DNA of 64,000 bases, from the sequence record OM456492.1; one strand, given 5' to 3'. Positions 9,159 to 20,500 of the stretch are shown here, in pieces. A program made the position numbers and the translations under genes. The stretch's first letter is position 1. Each line of letters opens with the position of its first letter. A model generated the notes under the pieces. The model saw only the letters and a list, made by a program, of their open reading frames with translations. It searched no databases and was not told where the DNA came from.

Positions 9159-9887
9159 TTACCTCATATACAAATCCTCGAGTGGCTCTGCACGTACCGG
9201 ATCGACCTGGAGTGCAGAACGGATACCTTGTTTCAGCTCCACATCTGCAATCTTGGCCAAGCGGGAAGTTTTGTTCAATGAACCTGAACGCAGCGGAATA
9301 AACTGCACCCGATTCATCAAATCGCTGTCTTTTTTCAGGGTATAGCGGAAATACGTCCGCGGGTCGCCAACCTTACGCTGTGTGTGGGCAGCATAACAGT
9401 CAGCGGTGATTTGATCGTTAAAGACCGTAAAGCCGTTCCACGTCTTAGTGTCAGACAACAGCTCAGCGTCATCTACTGCGGTGTACCAGAAAGGACGGTT
9501 GCCGAAGTCGTAGATGTACGAAGCAATGTTGTAGACTGGCGAGGATAGCACTTGCAGCATTCGGTTGGGGAACACCACCGTGCCGGGGTCAAAACGGAAC
9601 TCGTAATACGGCACACCCTGAACATCAATTTCCTCAAACGCCGACGGGGTAATTTCAATGAACGTCGTAACGTTCGATACTCCGTAGGTTTTGCGGTCAG
9701 TGGAGATAGCGAAAATGCCGACGATTTCTACTTGTGAAGAAATTACCGCCAGCTCTTTAGCCACGAAGCCAACAGGGATGTAAATGTAACATCCCCCTTT
9801 GGTGATGGTGGCCGTGCCTTGGTCCACTAAATCTGCATGAATTTTCGTCGCGTCACGACGTGCTGTTTCAATGGCGCTCACGACCAC
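9159..9887 (-). CDS. Virion RNA polymerase beta-prime C-terminal subunit
   Basis: C-terminal IPLRSGSLNKTSRLAKIADVELKQGIRSAL resembles the RpoC [22 protein letters not shown] region. Position matches recalled SPN3US gp244/phiKZ gp176. Confidence 0.75.
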   Translation of the reverse strand: MVVSAIETARRDATKIHADLVDQGTATITKGGCYIYIPVGFVAKELAVISSQVEIVGIFAISTDRKTYGVSNVTTFIEITPSAFEEIDVQGVPYYEFRFDPGTVVFPNRMLQVLSSPVYNIASYIYDFGNRPFWYTAVDDAELLSDTKTWNGFTVFNDQITADCYAAHTQRKVGDPRTYFRYTLKKDSDLMNRVQFIPLRSGSLNKTSRLAKIADVELKQGIRSALQVDPVRAEPLEDLYMR

Positions 9888-9896
9888 CTCTCTTTA

Positions 9897-11372
9897 TTAA
9901 ACTTTGCTCGGTACAGAAATAACCACACCGCCACAAATCCAATCCAGGACGTAGTTAATCATCCAGTCGGTTGCTACCTCGTCAGGTTGACGGTTAGCAA
10001 TCATACCACGATGAATATCCAGCATTAGCTTGGACAGTTCGTACTCACCAAAGACCTCGGTTGCTGAGACCTTGATAACGAACTCAGTGATGTCGGTGGT
10101 GTCGGTGGTGAAGAACTCGTCGATGAAGCTCGCCGTCGAACGCTTAATGTATTCTGGCGTTGCTACCTGACCGTCTTCTCCACGCCAGAACAGTTCAGGA
10201 TCGGTTGCATCGATAGCCACGTTAAACGCTTGTTTCAGTGACTGGCGATTGCGTGTTACCCAATTGCTGTCAAGTTTAGCACGCTGAATCGCGGAACGGT
10301 GGCCCCAGGCAGCGATGTAGTCTTTCTGTTTTTCCAACAGTGAAGCTACACGCGTGGAGACATTGGTGTCACCTTCGTCCAGTTGGTAAATAGCGCCCAG
10401 TAACGCTTCAACGCTACCGCCTTTTTCCAGATAGTCGTCCATCACTTCCTGACAGATATACACTTTCTTCTCAACGTTGTCGTATCCGAAGACAATGTTA
10501 CCGGTCTTGATACGGGTAACGATGTTCTGGGTGTAGGCGTAAACCCAGCCGATATAGCTGTAATGCAATGGCAGCATCTGTGCTTTCCACTGCCCGCTAT
10601 TCAGACCAGAGTCTTTCCACGGCATTTCCAGGTAGTAGCCAGAAAGCAACATAAACAGAATGTTACGTTTCAGGTTGTGTGGTGCCTGGTCGCTTACCGG
10701 AGAGAGCATGTTCCCTTCGAGCATGGTGCGAACGGCTTCGTTGATATTCCAGCCCAGCGAGTTCAGCAGTTCTTTAACCAGATCGTCGTAAGCTTTGCTG
10801 CCGGTTTCTGGCAGTTCGATATCGGCAGGGACGTTAGCTTTAACCGCAGGATGCGTGGTACCGTTACCCAGCGGGTTCTCTACCGAATCAATTAATGCCT
10901 GTACCACCGGGGAGTTCAACGCCGGGTCCATACCTGTAGGTACGAGTGCCCACTCTTCGCTAACTGCCTGGTTTTCAATACCCTGGTTGTTTTGGATAAC
11001 CAGCTGAACAAACGGCTGAATAACATTACGGGCAAAGTCAAGCATACCCTGACAACGCTGGATAGCCATGCGCTTCAGTTCAAACAGCGTTGGTTCGTGG
11101 TCTTCGACGTTCAACGTTTCTGGACCCGCTGCCGTATCCGCGATTACAGACGCTTCGCCCGTGTCAAATTGCGGCGTTTTCAGTGCAGTGATATCCGGCA
11201 GAGACTGGAAGAACTCTTCGTCAGTTATCTGTGTATCGAAAACGCTCTGCTGCGTAGTCGCTTTTGTCAGTAGACCAACAGGACTGTCAACGTCAGCTTC
11301 CAAACGAATCTGGTGTTGTTTCGCCAGTTTCATTGCGTTGGTGACAGCATTAAGTGAATATAAGTTGATCAT
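9897..11372 (-). CDS. Probable head/virion protein
   Basis: 491 aa within the RNAP-protease operon. Position recalled as the phiKZ gp177-like head protein. Confidence 0.6.
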   Translation of the reverse strand: MINLYSLNAVTNAMKLAKQHQIRLEADVDSPVGLLTKATTQQSVFDTQITDEEFFQSLPDITALKTPQFDTGEASVIADTAAGPETLNVEDHEPTLFELKRMAIQRCQGMLDFARNVIQPFVQLVIQNNQGIENQAVSEEWALVPTGMDPALNSPVVQALIDSVENPLGNGTTHPAVKANVPADIELPETGSKAYDDLVKELLNSLGWNINEAVRTMLEGNMLSPVSDQAPHNLKRNILFMLLSGYYLEMPWKDSGLNSGQWKAQMLPLHYSYIGWVYAYTQNIVTRIKTGNIVFGYDNVEKKVYICQEVMDDYLEKGGSVEALLGAIYQLDEGDTNVSTRVASLLEKQKDYIAAWGHRSAIQRAKLDSNWVTRNRQSLKQAFNVAIDATDPELFWRGEDGQVATPEYIKRSTASFIDEFFTTDTTDITEFVIKVSATEVFGEYELSKLMLDIHRGMIANRQPDEVATDWMINYVLDWICGGVVISVPSKV

Positions 11373-11662
11373 GCCTGACCCCCGTTTTTGGTGCTGATGG
11401 TATCCTGGATGCGGCCAGTAATACGCGCACCCACCATATCAGCGATGTCTCGTTTCAGCAAACGCTGATCGCCCATGCGGTCAGACAGGCCATTGCTGCC
11501 CTTCAGCAGTCCGTGAATGATTTCGGTGGCCAATTCAACCGCATTGCCCAGAACAACAAAGTTCATGCGTTGCTGTGGGGAATAACCTTCCGTTTCCGGA
11601 TTCGTGCTATTACGGCCCACCGGAATCCCATGCTGCTGCTTGAGCGTATCTAAAATTCCCAT
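11369..11662 (-). CDS. Small hypothetical/virion protein
   Basis: 97 aa, GGAG RBS, ATGA overlap with the next gene. Confidence 0.7.
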   Translation of the reverse strand: MGILDTLKQQHGIPVGRNSTNPETEGYSPQQRMNFVVLGNAVELATEIIHGLLKGSNGLSDRMGDQRLLKRDIADMVGARITGRIQDTISTKNGGQA

Positions 11663-11709
11663 TATTAACTCCGGAGTTTATTTACCGGGCGGGAGCGACC
11701 CGCCCTACA

Positions 11710-14700
11710 TTAGTTGATTTTAGCCGGCAAGGCTGGGACGTCTTCACCATCTAAGATGCGTCCGATGTTCTCCCCACCACGATACCCGACAGCGTTGGTG
11801 GTTCCGATGCGCATGATAGAACCTACGATACGTGCGTCGACGGAATCACGACCAAAGATAATGTCGAGTTCCTGCCCATCTTCCGTTTTGTTGGTTCCAT
11901 ACATCACTTCCTGAACCGTCGTTTTCAGCTGGTTAGCAATAACCATCTTATCCGCTGCTGCCATCTCTACCCGGTGTGTGATGTAGAATCGGACACACAG
12001 GCTATTGTACGCTAACGGCACCCCCTCAACACGAAAATCACCGTTGACTCGACCGTCCTTCGGCTCGTCACGTTTGAGAGCCAGCGCAGTCTTCCGACGT
12101 ATACGGTCGTATTTACGAACCATCTCCGCCAAAGACGGGGTCATATCTTCCACCTCGCCGTGGTAAACCACTTCGATTTTGTCGATAAACCCACGAACAC
12201 CAGAGCGTGGTGCAAAAGAGCTTAACTCACGCAGCGTTTCCGCTGCTTCTTTACTGAACCCGCTCATATCGCCGGTCAGGTTGTCGGTGAAGGTGCATAG
12301 AATTGAATCCACGTCTACGTGGTCCCCTTCTTTTACCATCTCCAACAGGTTCTGAGTGAATGTCATTGTGACTTCTTTGAGTTTGGTAACATCGGCTTCG
12401 GCCTTAGCAGCGAACCGCTCACTAATGGCGTTGGAGTCCTCAATTACTTCTTCCCCTTCAATCAAAGCGACAGTTGCCAGTATCCCGTTTTTAAAGCTGA
12501 CTTGCGTTGGATCGTAGATGTCTGGTTCAAAGTGTTGTTCGTTGTACGTGATAACGGCACCGGCAGGGAGTTTATCTCCGCGCTTCCATTTCGTTACCAA
12601 GGTGTGTGGGTAGTAAGTCCCTTCATGCGGACCGAACCAACGGCCCAACGGGAAAGCTTCTTCCTCACCGTCGTCGTATTTGATTTTAACGTGGTCGTTA
12701 AGAACCTCCACAATCTTGCCAGGTTTATCGATTACGCGTGCGTGCTTCACAGAAGTACGGTGTGCTACGAACTTTTCTTGCTCGGTACGATACGGTGTGG
12801 TGGTTGCGCCAACACAACTGGTCGCAGAACCGAATTGAATCCCAACGAAGTTCTGACGCTTGGCGTCGTCCATCAGGGTATCCGGCACCAAGCCATCAAT
12901 AAACGACAGCGCTTCACCCGGCTTCAGTTTATTGAGGTCCTTTTTAAAAGTCGTGCCATCCACGGTATCGTAGCGTGGGTTGTTTGTTGCAAAGGCGGTG
13001 ATACCTACATCGCCGTTATCGACCGTGTTACCGGAGATAATCCCCAAATCACTCGGTTGGAATTCACGGGTACTGTAGACCATGGTCTTGCGGTTACGAC
13101 CTCCCGTACCGCCCATGGTAACAACATCTTTTTCTTTGATGTTCTGTATTGGGTTTGCGCCAGGTGCCAGCAGAACAGACGGGTCGGAGTTAATCGCACC
13201 CCACACCATGTCCTGCGTCAACTCAAACTTACGATTCGAGTTAGGTGCGTTGTTGTAGTTACGCATCGCTCTCACCATGGCGGTGTAGATGTGATACGAA
13301 ATACGTTGGTTCCCAACGAACATCATTTCGTCACCGTTAATTTCCGGTAACGTGTGGTCTGTCTGCAACAGTTCGTTAGAACGCTCCAGTAAGCCGATAA
13401 AGGTTTCCGGCTCGCCCATTTTCCTGAGGATACGCGCGTGCATGTCGTCAACAAATGCGGTCCGCATCAGTTTCAGCTCTTTGATGTAGCGTGGTGTTAG
13501 CCCATCTGCATCGCGTAGTAAGTTCAGGTAAATGTCTTCCCGGTCAACTTCCGACTCGGTATACGTGGTAAAATGTTTAATGTAACGGTCTAAGCCGTTG
13601 ACAATCATCCTCTGTTGATCGTTCTCGCAGACAATTGCAATTTTCGCATCCTGGAGACGAATAATGGAGTCGAACTGACCCTTATCGATACGTTGTCCGA
13701 CAGAGAGAACCTCGTAACTGATACCGAAGTGTTTCAACATCCCGGTTAACCCGAGATAGTACGCAAACACAAAGCCCAGCGAGATTGATTTGCCCATCAG
13801 TGACAGTTCGGTCATTTCACGTGGAGCCTTAGCGGTGTCCACGCCAAAGACTTCGGCGAGAGTACCCAGTGGTTCGGTCTTATCCTTATCCACTCGATAG
13901 AGTTGGGAGTTTTTATCCATACCGACGATGACATGACTCCGCGGTTTCTTCGCCACAGGTACCAGCTCGACACGGTCCGCATCTGCCAGTTGCCCTTCGT
14001 TAAAGAATGCCGCTTTCTGTTTAATGTCAAAGTTCCATTGGTACCCAATTGCATTGAATGCTGCTACACGACGTGCCATCTCGGTGTACTGACGCGGCAG
14101 TTTAGACAGCGGATCGAACACATTCGCCAGTTTTGCATCAGTGATTTCGGTGTTCTTTGGATCGACTGCACGAGTAATAATCGCGTTAGTGAGCCAACGT
14201 CCGTAATCATTGACGACTTTATCACTGCGACGGACAAAGTTCTTCCCGTAGGCAGTGGTTAACGCTACAGTATCGTGGGACACTTTACGGATAGGAACAT
14301 CAACGCGCTGACGACGCATTGTATATTCCACACCATTCGCAACCCAAGTACCGTCTTCGGTTAATGCAGGAATTGAGAAACGTACCGTGGTTGGTTCTCC
14401 GCCAATCGGCTGAATACGCAACGTGTGGTGTTCGATATTCCCGGTAACGGAAATCTCTTTCTCAACAGTGTGATTGTGAATTGCCAAACCGAGACGCTGA
14501 GATGACGCCACTGCACCCAGAACATCTTTCGGGAAGATTTCCTGGTTGTACCGACGAATAATTTGGTCGGTAGTATTTTCCGCCCAGGCTTCATCCGTAA
14601 CTAAGCGTTCAATCTTCTTAGGCTCGGCTTTAACTTCGAGTTTCTTTGGATCGATGGTCAGACCTTCGCCGTACGTCTCTTTAGGATTGTACGGGTTGGG

Positions 14701-15915
14701 TAAGTTTACGAAACGTTTAGAAGATTCGTTCAGGAACTGATACGCTTTGGCGGTGACGCGGCCCGCTTCTGCCAGGCGCTCAACTTCCTGTTTAATCACA
14801 GCATCGTGCGGGATGGTACGTTCTACGACGATGGTGGTTGGTTTGACATCTTCTTTCGGTGCTTCGATGACCAGATCTTCTTTCTCATCGAACTCATGAT
14901 CGTTCAATGTATCGTCAACGTTGTCGCCTTGTGTTGCTTCATCGTCAACGATATCGAGCGTTTCCTCCGGCTTATTAGCAACGGTTTCAACAGCATCGCC
15001 ATCCTCACCCAGATGGACACGCTCGTCACCTTCCGGTGTAACGAACTCGTCATCTTCGTAGTCAGTAGACGGCGGTACGGTCATCACGGTAGTCAGCGTA
15101 CGGTAGAACATTCTACCCATTTGTACGTCAGTCAAACGTCCACCGGCAGACTTACGCATTCTTTCAATTACACCCATGTTCATGGATGTAAAACCGCCGT
15201 TGTGCGTGAAGATAAAGTTCACACGCGACAGCTGGTTCATGTCCATACCGTCAAACAGGGTTGCTTGCTGATCGCCGTAAGCCCAACCGAACAGTTCCAG
15301 TAACCACAGGAGGTTGAAGTCCTTAAAGTGCTCCAGTTTGGTTTTAACACGATCGTTATACGTCATTTTAAAACGATCGAAAGAAGGTAGCACGTTACCC
15401 AGTTCAATGATGTAATAGTTCTGACGCATGTACTCACGTGCGTCAGTTTTCATCTGGTTAGTTATCAGCAGCTGAATGTTGTGCAGACGTTCGTACCAGG
15501 ACATCAGAGTATCAGGGTAGAAATAATGCGGCAGCATCGGTGTGTAGTTTTCGATGAGCAGCACTTTTGGATCTGAACGCACCACGCCGTCTTCAATCAT
15601 GCGACGAATACGACGGTTGTTACGATGGTACTGGAAGATTTGACGTTCTTGGCCAACAACCGGTTTCTTACGCGGATGGCCAATAATGCCGTCTTCAGGC
15701 AGCTGGAAGTGATGACGAATCATCGCCGGTTTTTCCAGCTGGCCAAAACACGGCGTAGTTAACGGCGGCGCTAAAACCACCTGGTCTAAATCGATGGTGT
15801 GGTAGATAGAACCACGTGGGAGCTGGAGCTTCTCCAGCGGGATAATACGCGGGCGACCGAACTCATCGGTCTTGCGCACGGTAAAGCGCTGGTTAAACTG
15901 TTTCAGAAAAATCAT
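11710..15915 (-). CDS. Virion RNA polymerase beta subunit, N-terminal/major part
   Basis: 1401 aa with RpoB-like motifs: QNFVGIQFGSA, IEDSNAIS, ADKMVIANQLKTTV and DGQELDIIFGRDSVDARI. Confidence 0.9.
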   Translation of the reverse strand: MIFLKQFNQRFTVRKTDEFGRPRIIPLEKLQLPRGSIYHTIDLDQVVLAPPLTTPCFGQLEKPAMIRHHFQLPEDGIIGHPRKKPVVGQERQIFQYHRNNRRIRRMIEDGVVRSDPKVLLIENYTPMLPHYFYPDTLMSWYERLHNIQLLITNQMKTDAREYMRQNYYIIELGNVLPSFDRFKMTYNDRVKTKLEHFKDFNLLWLLELFGWAYGDQQATLFDGMDMNQLSRVNFIFTHNGGFTSMNMGVIERMRKSAGGRLTDVQMGRMFYRTLTTVMTVPPSTDYEDDEFVTPEGDERVHLGEDGDAVETVANKPEETLDIVDDEATQGDNVDDTLNDHEFDEKEDLVIEAPKEDVKPTTIVVERTIPHDAVIKQEVERLAEAGRVTAKAYQFLNESSKRFVNLPNPYNPKETYGEGLTIDPKKLEVKAEPKKIERLVTDEAWAENTTDQIIRRYNQEIFPKDVLGAVASSQRLGLAIHNHTVEKEISVTGNIEHHTLRIQPIGGEPTTVRFSIPALTEDGTWVANGVEYTMRRQRVDVPIRKVSHDTVALTTAYGKNFVRRSDKVVNDYGRWLTNAIITRAVDPKNTEITDAKLANVFDPLSKLPRQYTEMARRVAAFNAIGYQWNFDIKQKAAFFNEGQLADADRVELVPVAKKPRSHVIVGMDKNSQLYRVDKDKTEPLGTLAEVFGVDTAKAPREMTELSLMGKSISLGFVFAYYLGLTGMLKHFGISYEVLSVGQRIDKGQFDSIIRLQDAKIAIVCENDQQRMIVNGLDRYIKHFTTYTESEVDREDIYLNLLRDADGLTPRYIKELKLMRTAFVDDMHARILRKMGEPETFIGLLERSNELLQTDHTLPEINGDEMMFVGNQRISYHIYTAMVRAMRNYNNAPNSNRKFELTQDMVWGAINSDPSVLLAPGANPIQNIKEKDVVTMGGTGGRNRKTMVYSTREFQPSDLGIISGNTVDNGDVGITAFATNNPRYDTVDGTTFKKDLNKLKPGEALSFIDGLVPDTLMDDAKRQNFVGIQFGSATSCVGATTTPYRTEQEKFVAHRTSVKHARVIDKPGKIVEVLNDHVKIKYDDGEEEAFPLGRWFGPHEGTYYPHTLVTKWKRGDKLPAGAVITYNEQHFEPDIYDPTQVSFKNGILATVALIEGEEVIEDSNAISERFAAKAEADVTKLKEVTMTFTQNLLEMVKEGDHVDVDSILCTFTDNLTGDMSGFSKEAAETLRELSSFAPRSGVRGFIDKIEVVYHGEVEDMTPSLAEMVRKYDRIRRKTALALKRDEPKDGRVNGDFRVEGVPLAYNSLCVRFYITHRVEMAAADKMVIANQLKTTVQEVMYGTNKTEDGQELDIIFGRDSVDARIVGSIMRIGTTNAVGYRGGENIGRILDGEDVPALPAKIN

Positions 15916-15933
15916 ACATGTGCCTTATGGGTG

Positions 15934-17547
15934 TCATTTCAACAGCGCAGCAGTCGTTCTTTTAATCACGTTGTTAACCGGATTGATTTTGAAACTGCCG
16001 TCTGTTGCAAACCAGTAGTTTTTCGAACTGACCCACTTCCGATTTTCCTCGAGCGCTTCGGTTGACATCGGGCTGTTTGCTGAGCCGGTGTCACCATCGT
16101 AGTCACCACCCAAGCCCCCTAATCGGGATGGATGTGGTGCCATGGATTCCACAAAGGTTTTCACGGTACGGTCAGGGAAGCTAATTGCTCCCTTCTCTTT
16201 TAACGTGACCCAATCGTCTTCCAGTTCATGCAAATAGAGGGAAGAGGTGGTGGTCTCCAATCTTATGGTCGAGGAGTAAGTCGAACCGCGTCCCGTAACC
16301 GGATAACGCGTGATGAACGAGAAGTAGTCATTCCAAATATCGTAACCTGACAAATAGAGGAGTTCTGCTAAGCTCAGTCCGCGGACAAGCTTACGGTCAC
16401 GTCCTTCCGGCAGGTCTTCAATATCGTAAAAGATTTTGAAGCTGCGTTTGTCTTGGTAGATTAATGCCACGTAATGGTCCGGATCAATCATCAGTGGTTT
16501 ATGTCGAAGCTCGCGCGCTTCCATTCTGTTGATGAGAGTTTCGATACCATCGTCGGTAGTGAAAAGGTCATACACCCGCCCGGAGACTTCCAGGAACTCA
16601 CGCTTGAGTGTTTTGGTGTTAACGCCGTATAAGTTGCCGTCCCCTGCCCGGATGTTACTGAGGTAACGTTCACGGATGTGGTATTGAGCCACAGGCAGTA
16701 ATGCCTTCAGAGTTTGGTACAAACCGATACGGGTATCCGTTGGACGAATCGCATCTTCGCGACCCATGACCTTGGAACCGGTTGAGAATGAAGACAGTAC
16801 GTTACGCGTACCGTTCATTAACTTACGTGACGTCACTTTACGACGTGCAAAACCACCTTTACCATCTTGGATGTTAAAGAAGTACATCCAGATATCATTA
16901 AAGGTTTGTTGGAGCTTCCAGCGAACCGGGTCAGTCAGTTCCGTTCGCGTACTGCGGTCGGGGATTGCACGCGCCAGAGAAATCAGACGACGGTAGAGTC
17001 CGCCAATCTCTTCTTCTTGGTCGCGGCCATCCTGACGAATGACCAAATCACGTAATCCCGCAGGTAGAACCAGCACATAGCGGCTGAGACTGACCGGACG
17101 GAACTTATTGAAGAAATCGACTGTCTCGTCGCGACGCATTGATTCGTTGCGTCCTGGCGTCAGTTGTTCGTAGTAGCGTAGGAAGAAGTTGAAGCCGGTG
17201 TCTGCACCTTTATCACTGGGCAGAGCCGGCTCGAAATCTTTTTCTTTCTCATTCCAGATAGCGAATCGCTTCCCGGAACAGATTTCTTCGTACAGCTGTT
17301 TCAGCTGGAACAACGCCAAACAAACGGTCGGCGAAATGATATCCAGTTTGATATCAATGTACGAGAACGTTGAGTCTCGTGCCTCGCTCCCTGTGAGGCC
17401 AAATATTTCAGTTGAATACAGTCCTTCAGGGTGAAAGTTTTTCGTCAGTCCCTGAAAGGTGTCTGTTGTTGTAACTGGTTTTAAATGCGACACCAGGGAC
17501 TTGTTGACGTTTAACAGGTAAAAGTCAACCCAGTTTAGCTTTCTCAC
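15934..17547 (-). CDS. Virion RNA polymerase beta-prime subunit carrying the catalytic DxDGD
   Basis: GLYSTEIFG, RKLMNGTRNVLS, ITRYP and GGDYDGD motifs. GTG start after an AGGAG RBS. Confidence 0.92.
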   Translation of the reverse strand: MRKLNWVDFYLLNVNKSLVSHLKPVTTTDTFQGLTKNFHPEGLYSTEIFGLTGSEARDSTFSYIDIKLDIISPTVCLALFQLKQLYEEICSGKRFAIWNEKEKDFEPALPSDKGADTGFNFFLRYYEQLTPGRNESMRRDETVDFFNKFRPVSLSRYVLVLPAGLRDLVIRQDGRDQEEEIGGLYRRLISLARAIPDRSTRTELTDPVRWKLQQTFNDIWMYFFNIQDGKGGFARRKVTSRKLMNGTRNVLSSFSTGSKVMGREDAIRPTDTRIGLYQTLKALLPVAQYHIRERYLSNIRAGDGNLYGVNTKTLKREFLEVSGRVYDLFTTDDGIETLINRMEARELRHKPLMIDPDHYVALIYQDKRSFKIFYDIEDLPEGRDRKLVRGLSLAELLYLSGYDIWNDYFSFITRYPVTGRGSTYSSTIRLETTTSSLYLHELEDDWVTLKEKGAISFPDRTVKTFVESMAPHPSRLGGLGGDYDGDTGSANSPMSTEALEENRKWVSSKNYWFATDGSFKINPVNNVIKRTTAALLK

Positions 17548-17576
17548 TTTTAAGCTCCTGAATTGGAAGAAACATT

Positions 17577-20500
17577 ATGGCAAAAAGAGGCAAAGACGGT
17601 TTCGATGATATCGATTTAGATAGACTCGACGACTGGGATGATTTCGGTGAACCACCCCGTCCCAAAGACGAGAAAAAACGAAGCCCGATACTCAGTACCC
17701 TGAATGTTGCCAGGAAGTCGGCGTTGTCAACTATCTGGCCAGAAGGGAAACGTGACCAAGTTATCCTCAAGGGGATGCCTAAGCCGGCAGCTGATGCATA
17801 CGAGGGCTATCAGTCAGCGGCAGCTGCAGCAAAGGACATTTACGCCCATACGAAAGGGGAGCTTGAGAAGACCGAGCGCACGCTGAAGATGCAAGCACGC
17901 CAACTCGGTCCGACGATGAAGAAATACTTGCCGGATGCAGTTACTAAGCGCTTCGACAAGTGGTCAAAATCTGACCAGTTGGATTACCAAAATTACGATC
18001 CTAATCAGGCGTTGATGGATCGTGAACTGGGCGACGTTTTCTCAGGTGTGCCAAAGGACGCCGAAGAACAACGTCAGCTGCAGGACAGCATGGTAGAGGA
18101 CAAGCTCCGTGACAGCATCAAAGAGATGCGCGCGGATGCAATGCACCAAACCATGATTGGGATGGCGAAAGACATTAACCTGCTAACCGGGTTAAGCCGC
18201 GGGGTATTCTTAAACATCGAGCGTAAGAAACTCGAACTGCAATACCGTACCCTGTTTGCCATCCAAGACATCGTGAAGATGAAGCAGTCGGAGTTCGATC
18301 GTAATACGCCTGCTTTAGAAGCCATCGTGAAGAACACGGCGCTGCCGGATTACGCGAAGGAAGACTTCTCAGAAGTCCGTTGGGCGAACGTTAAACGCCA
18401 AGCCGCGGAATGGATGAACCCGTTGCGTTATGCTGACGGGTTTATGGACATGATTCGCGAAAATACCAAGAAGAAGATTTCTGGTATATTTGGCGAAGGT
18501 CGTGGTTTGTTAGAGTCTGTTCTCGGCATGGGTGTTGAAGACGATTTCGGCATGAGCGACAGCTCTTCGTTGACTGCCGAACGTCGCAAAACAAATGCTC
18601 GCGATAAAGCGACTGCGTGGGGTAGTGGATTCCTTGCGAAGAAACTACTCGGTCCACAAATCGAGAAACTCCAGAAATGGACTCGGGAGGAGATGGAGAA
18701 AAATCCAGAGGTCATGAAACGGCTGCAGAAAGGCGCGTTCACCTTTGGTAATCTTTCCTCTATCTCTAACTCAGCCATCGCAGGCGAAACGCAAGGACCA
18801 TTGGCGGATTTGTTCCGGGTATTGAATGAACTCGGTATTGTCCAACCGTTAAACCGCGAGAAAGCTTTCCTTGACGAACGTAATGGCGAAACGTTAAGCC
18901 GTTCGGCGAAGTTTGACCGTAAAGCATATCTTAGCCTGGTTGAAGTTATCCCCGCTTGGCTGGCAGAGATTAACAAATCTGTTCGTCGGGGTTATGGCGA
19001 ACATGCCGATCTGGAATACGACATCACCAGTCGTGGATTCGTAGACCGCAAAGTGGTCGGTAACCGCGTGCGCAAGGCGGTTGCAAACGATGAACAACGC
19101 CTGCGTCTCCAAAATTCCATTAACAGCACTGTGGATTTTGTTGACCGCGGCAAAACGCTCTCGCAGAAGGATCGACAGCATCTCGCCGACTATATCGAGT
19201 CACGTGCCTCACAGGGCCGCGCATTCGACGTAGAAGCGATTCTGAAAGACCCGATGCATCTTCATCGGTATATGCCAGGAAGCTCCGCAGAACGCATTAA
19301 AGAAGTGTTACAGGGGCATTCTGACAGTCTTACCGGCGGTAGCAACGAATTAAGTAACGAACTGGCTCGTAAAATCTCCACAGTACAATCGTCTATCACC
19401 CAGCGTCAGGCAGTTATCGACGAAGCGGTGAACATTTACGGCGAACGTGCGCTACGCGATGCAGGTATCTTCAACTACGACGCGAAGAGTGACACCTTCG
19501 GCGTGGATAAAGACCTCTCCGATCCCTACACCTTGTTTAATGACTTGGCGATGGGTAAGACACGCAGTGGTCGTGCACTGACTCGTGACCAGGAGATTCA
19601 ACGTAAACTGCAAAATGGTTCAGCGTTAGGCGACTACTTGCGCCGGATGAACCAAGGGGCAAATGGTGGTGTCGATGACACGTCGTTGCCGCCGGCTTTA
19701 CGTGGCGGTGGTAAAGGCCGCGGAATGTCGCCTCGGCAGTTAGCCGCAGTTCTCTACGGTGAAACCTCGACTAACTTTGTTGAATTGTTGAGTCAACGTA
19801 ACCGCGGCGAAGAAGCACCACGGAATAACTTTGACGGCATCATCGAAGCGATTCGGGGTAATAACAACAGTGACACCCTCCAGAAAATTCTGGAACACGT
19901 CAGAAGTATGGACGAAGAAGGGGTTCTCCTGGCTTCGTTAGCAGGGGGTGCTGGTTCTGGTGACGAAGAGATGGGACCACCTCGTCCTGGTGGTGGTAGC
20001 GGTGGCGGTAAACGCCGCCGTATTATCATCGGTGAGGATGGGCTTATTCGTCGTTGGGGCGGTGTGTTGTTCGACACTGCAGCAGGAATCGGTGGCTTTG
20101 CAAAACGTGGTGTTAAAGGTGCCTGGAATAAACTGAATCAGTTCGGTGGCTGGGCGCGCGGTAAAATCGCGGGGATGGGCGGCGGAGAAGGTCCTGGTTT
20201 CTTAACCCGGATGCGTGGCCTTATCAGCGGTAGTGTTCGTGGGGGCTTTGAAGCGGTAAGCTCTTTCGGTAAAGGATTGCTGGGTATCCGCGACGTTTAC
20301 GATGACCACGGTAATGTTGTTCTGCAAGGTGCACGTCTGGAAGCTGGAGAATACTATCAGGTCATTGATGGTAAAATGGTTCAGCTGAAAACGCTGGACG
20401 ACATCAAACTGGGGAGTGATATTGTTGACTCCGCAGGTAATCTGATATTAGCAGCCGCTGACTTAGCCGCTGCGGGTAAACTCCGCTACTATAAAGGCGG

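Noticed and set aside
12319-13350. 343-aa antisense ORF inside the RNAP beta gene, and similar ones at 1030..1680, 2587..3417 and 14806..15303
   Set aside because: They are shadow frames opposite strongly conserved genes, with no RBS and no recognisable motifs.
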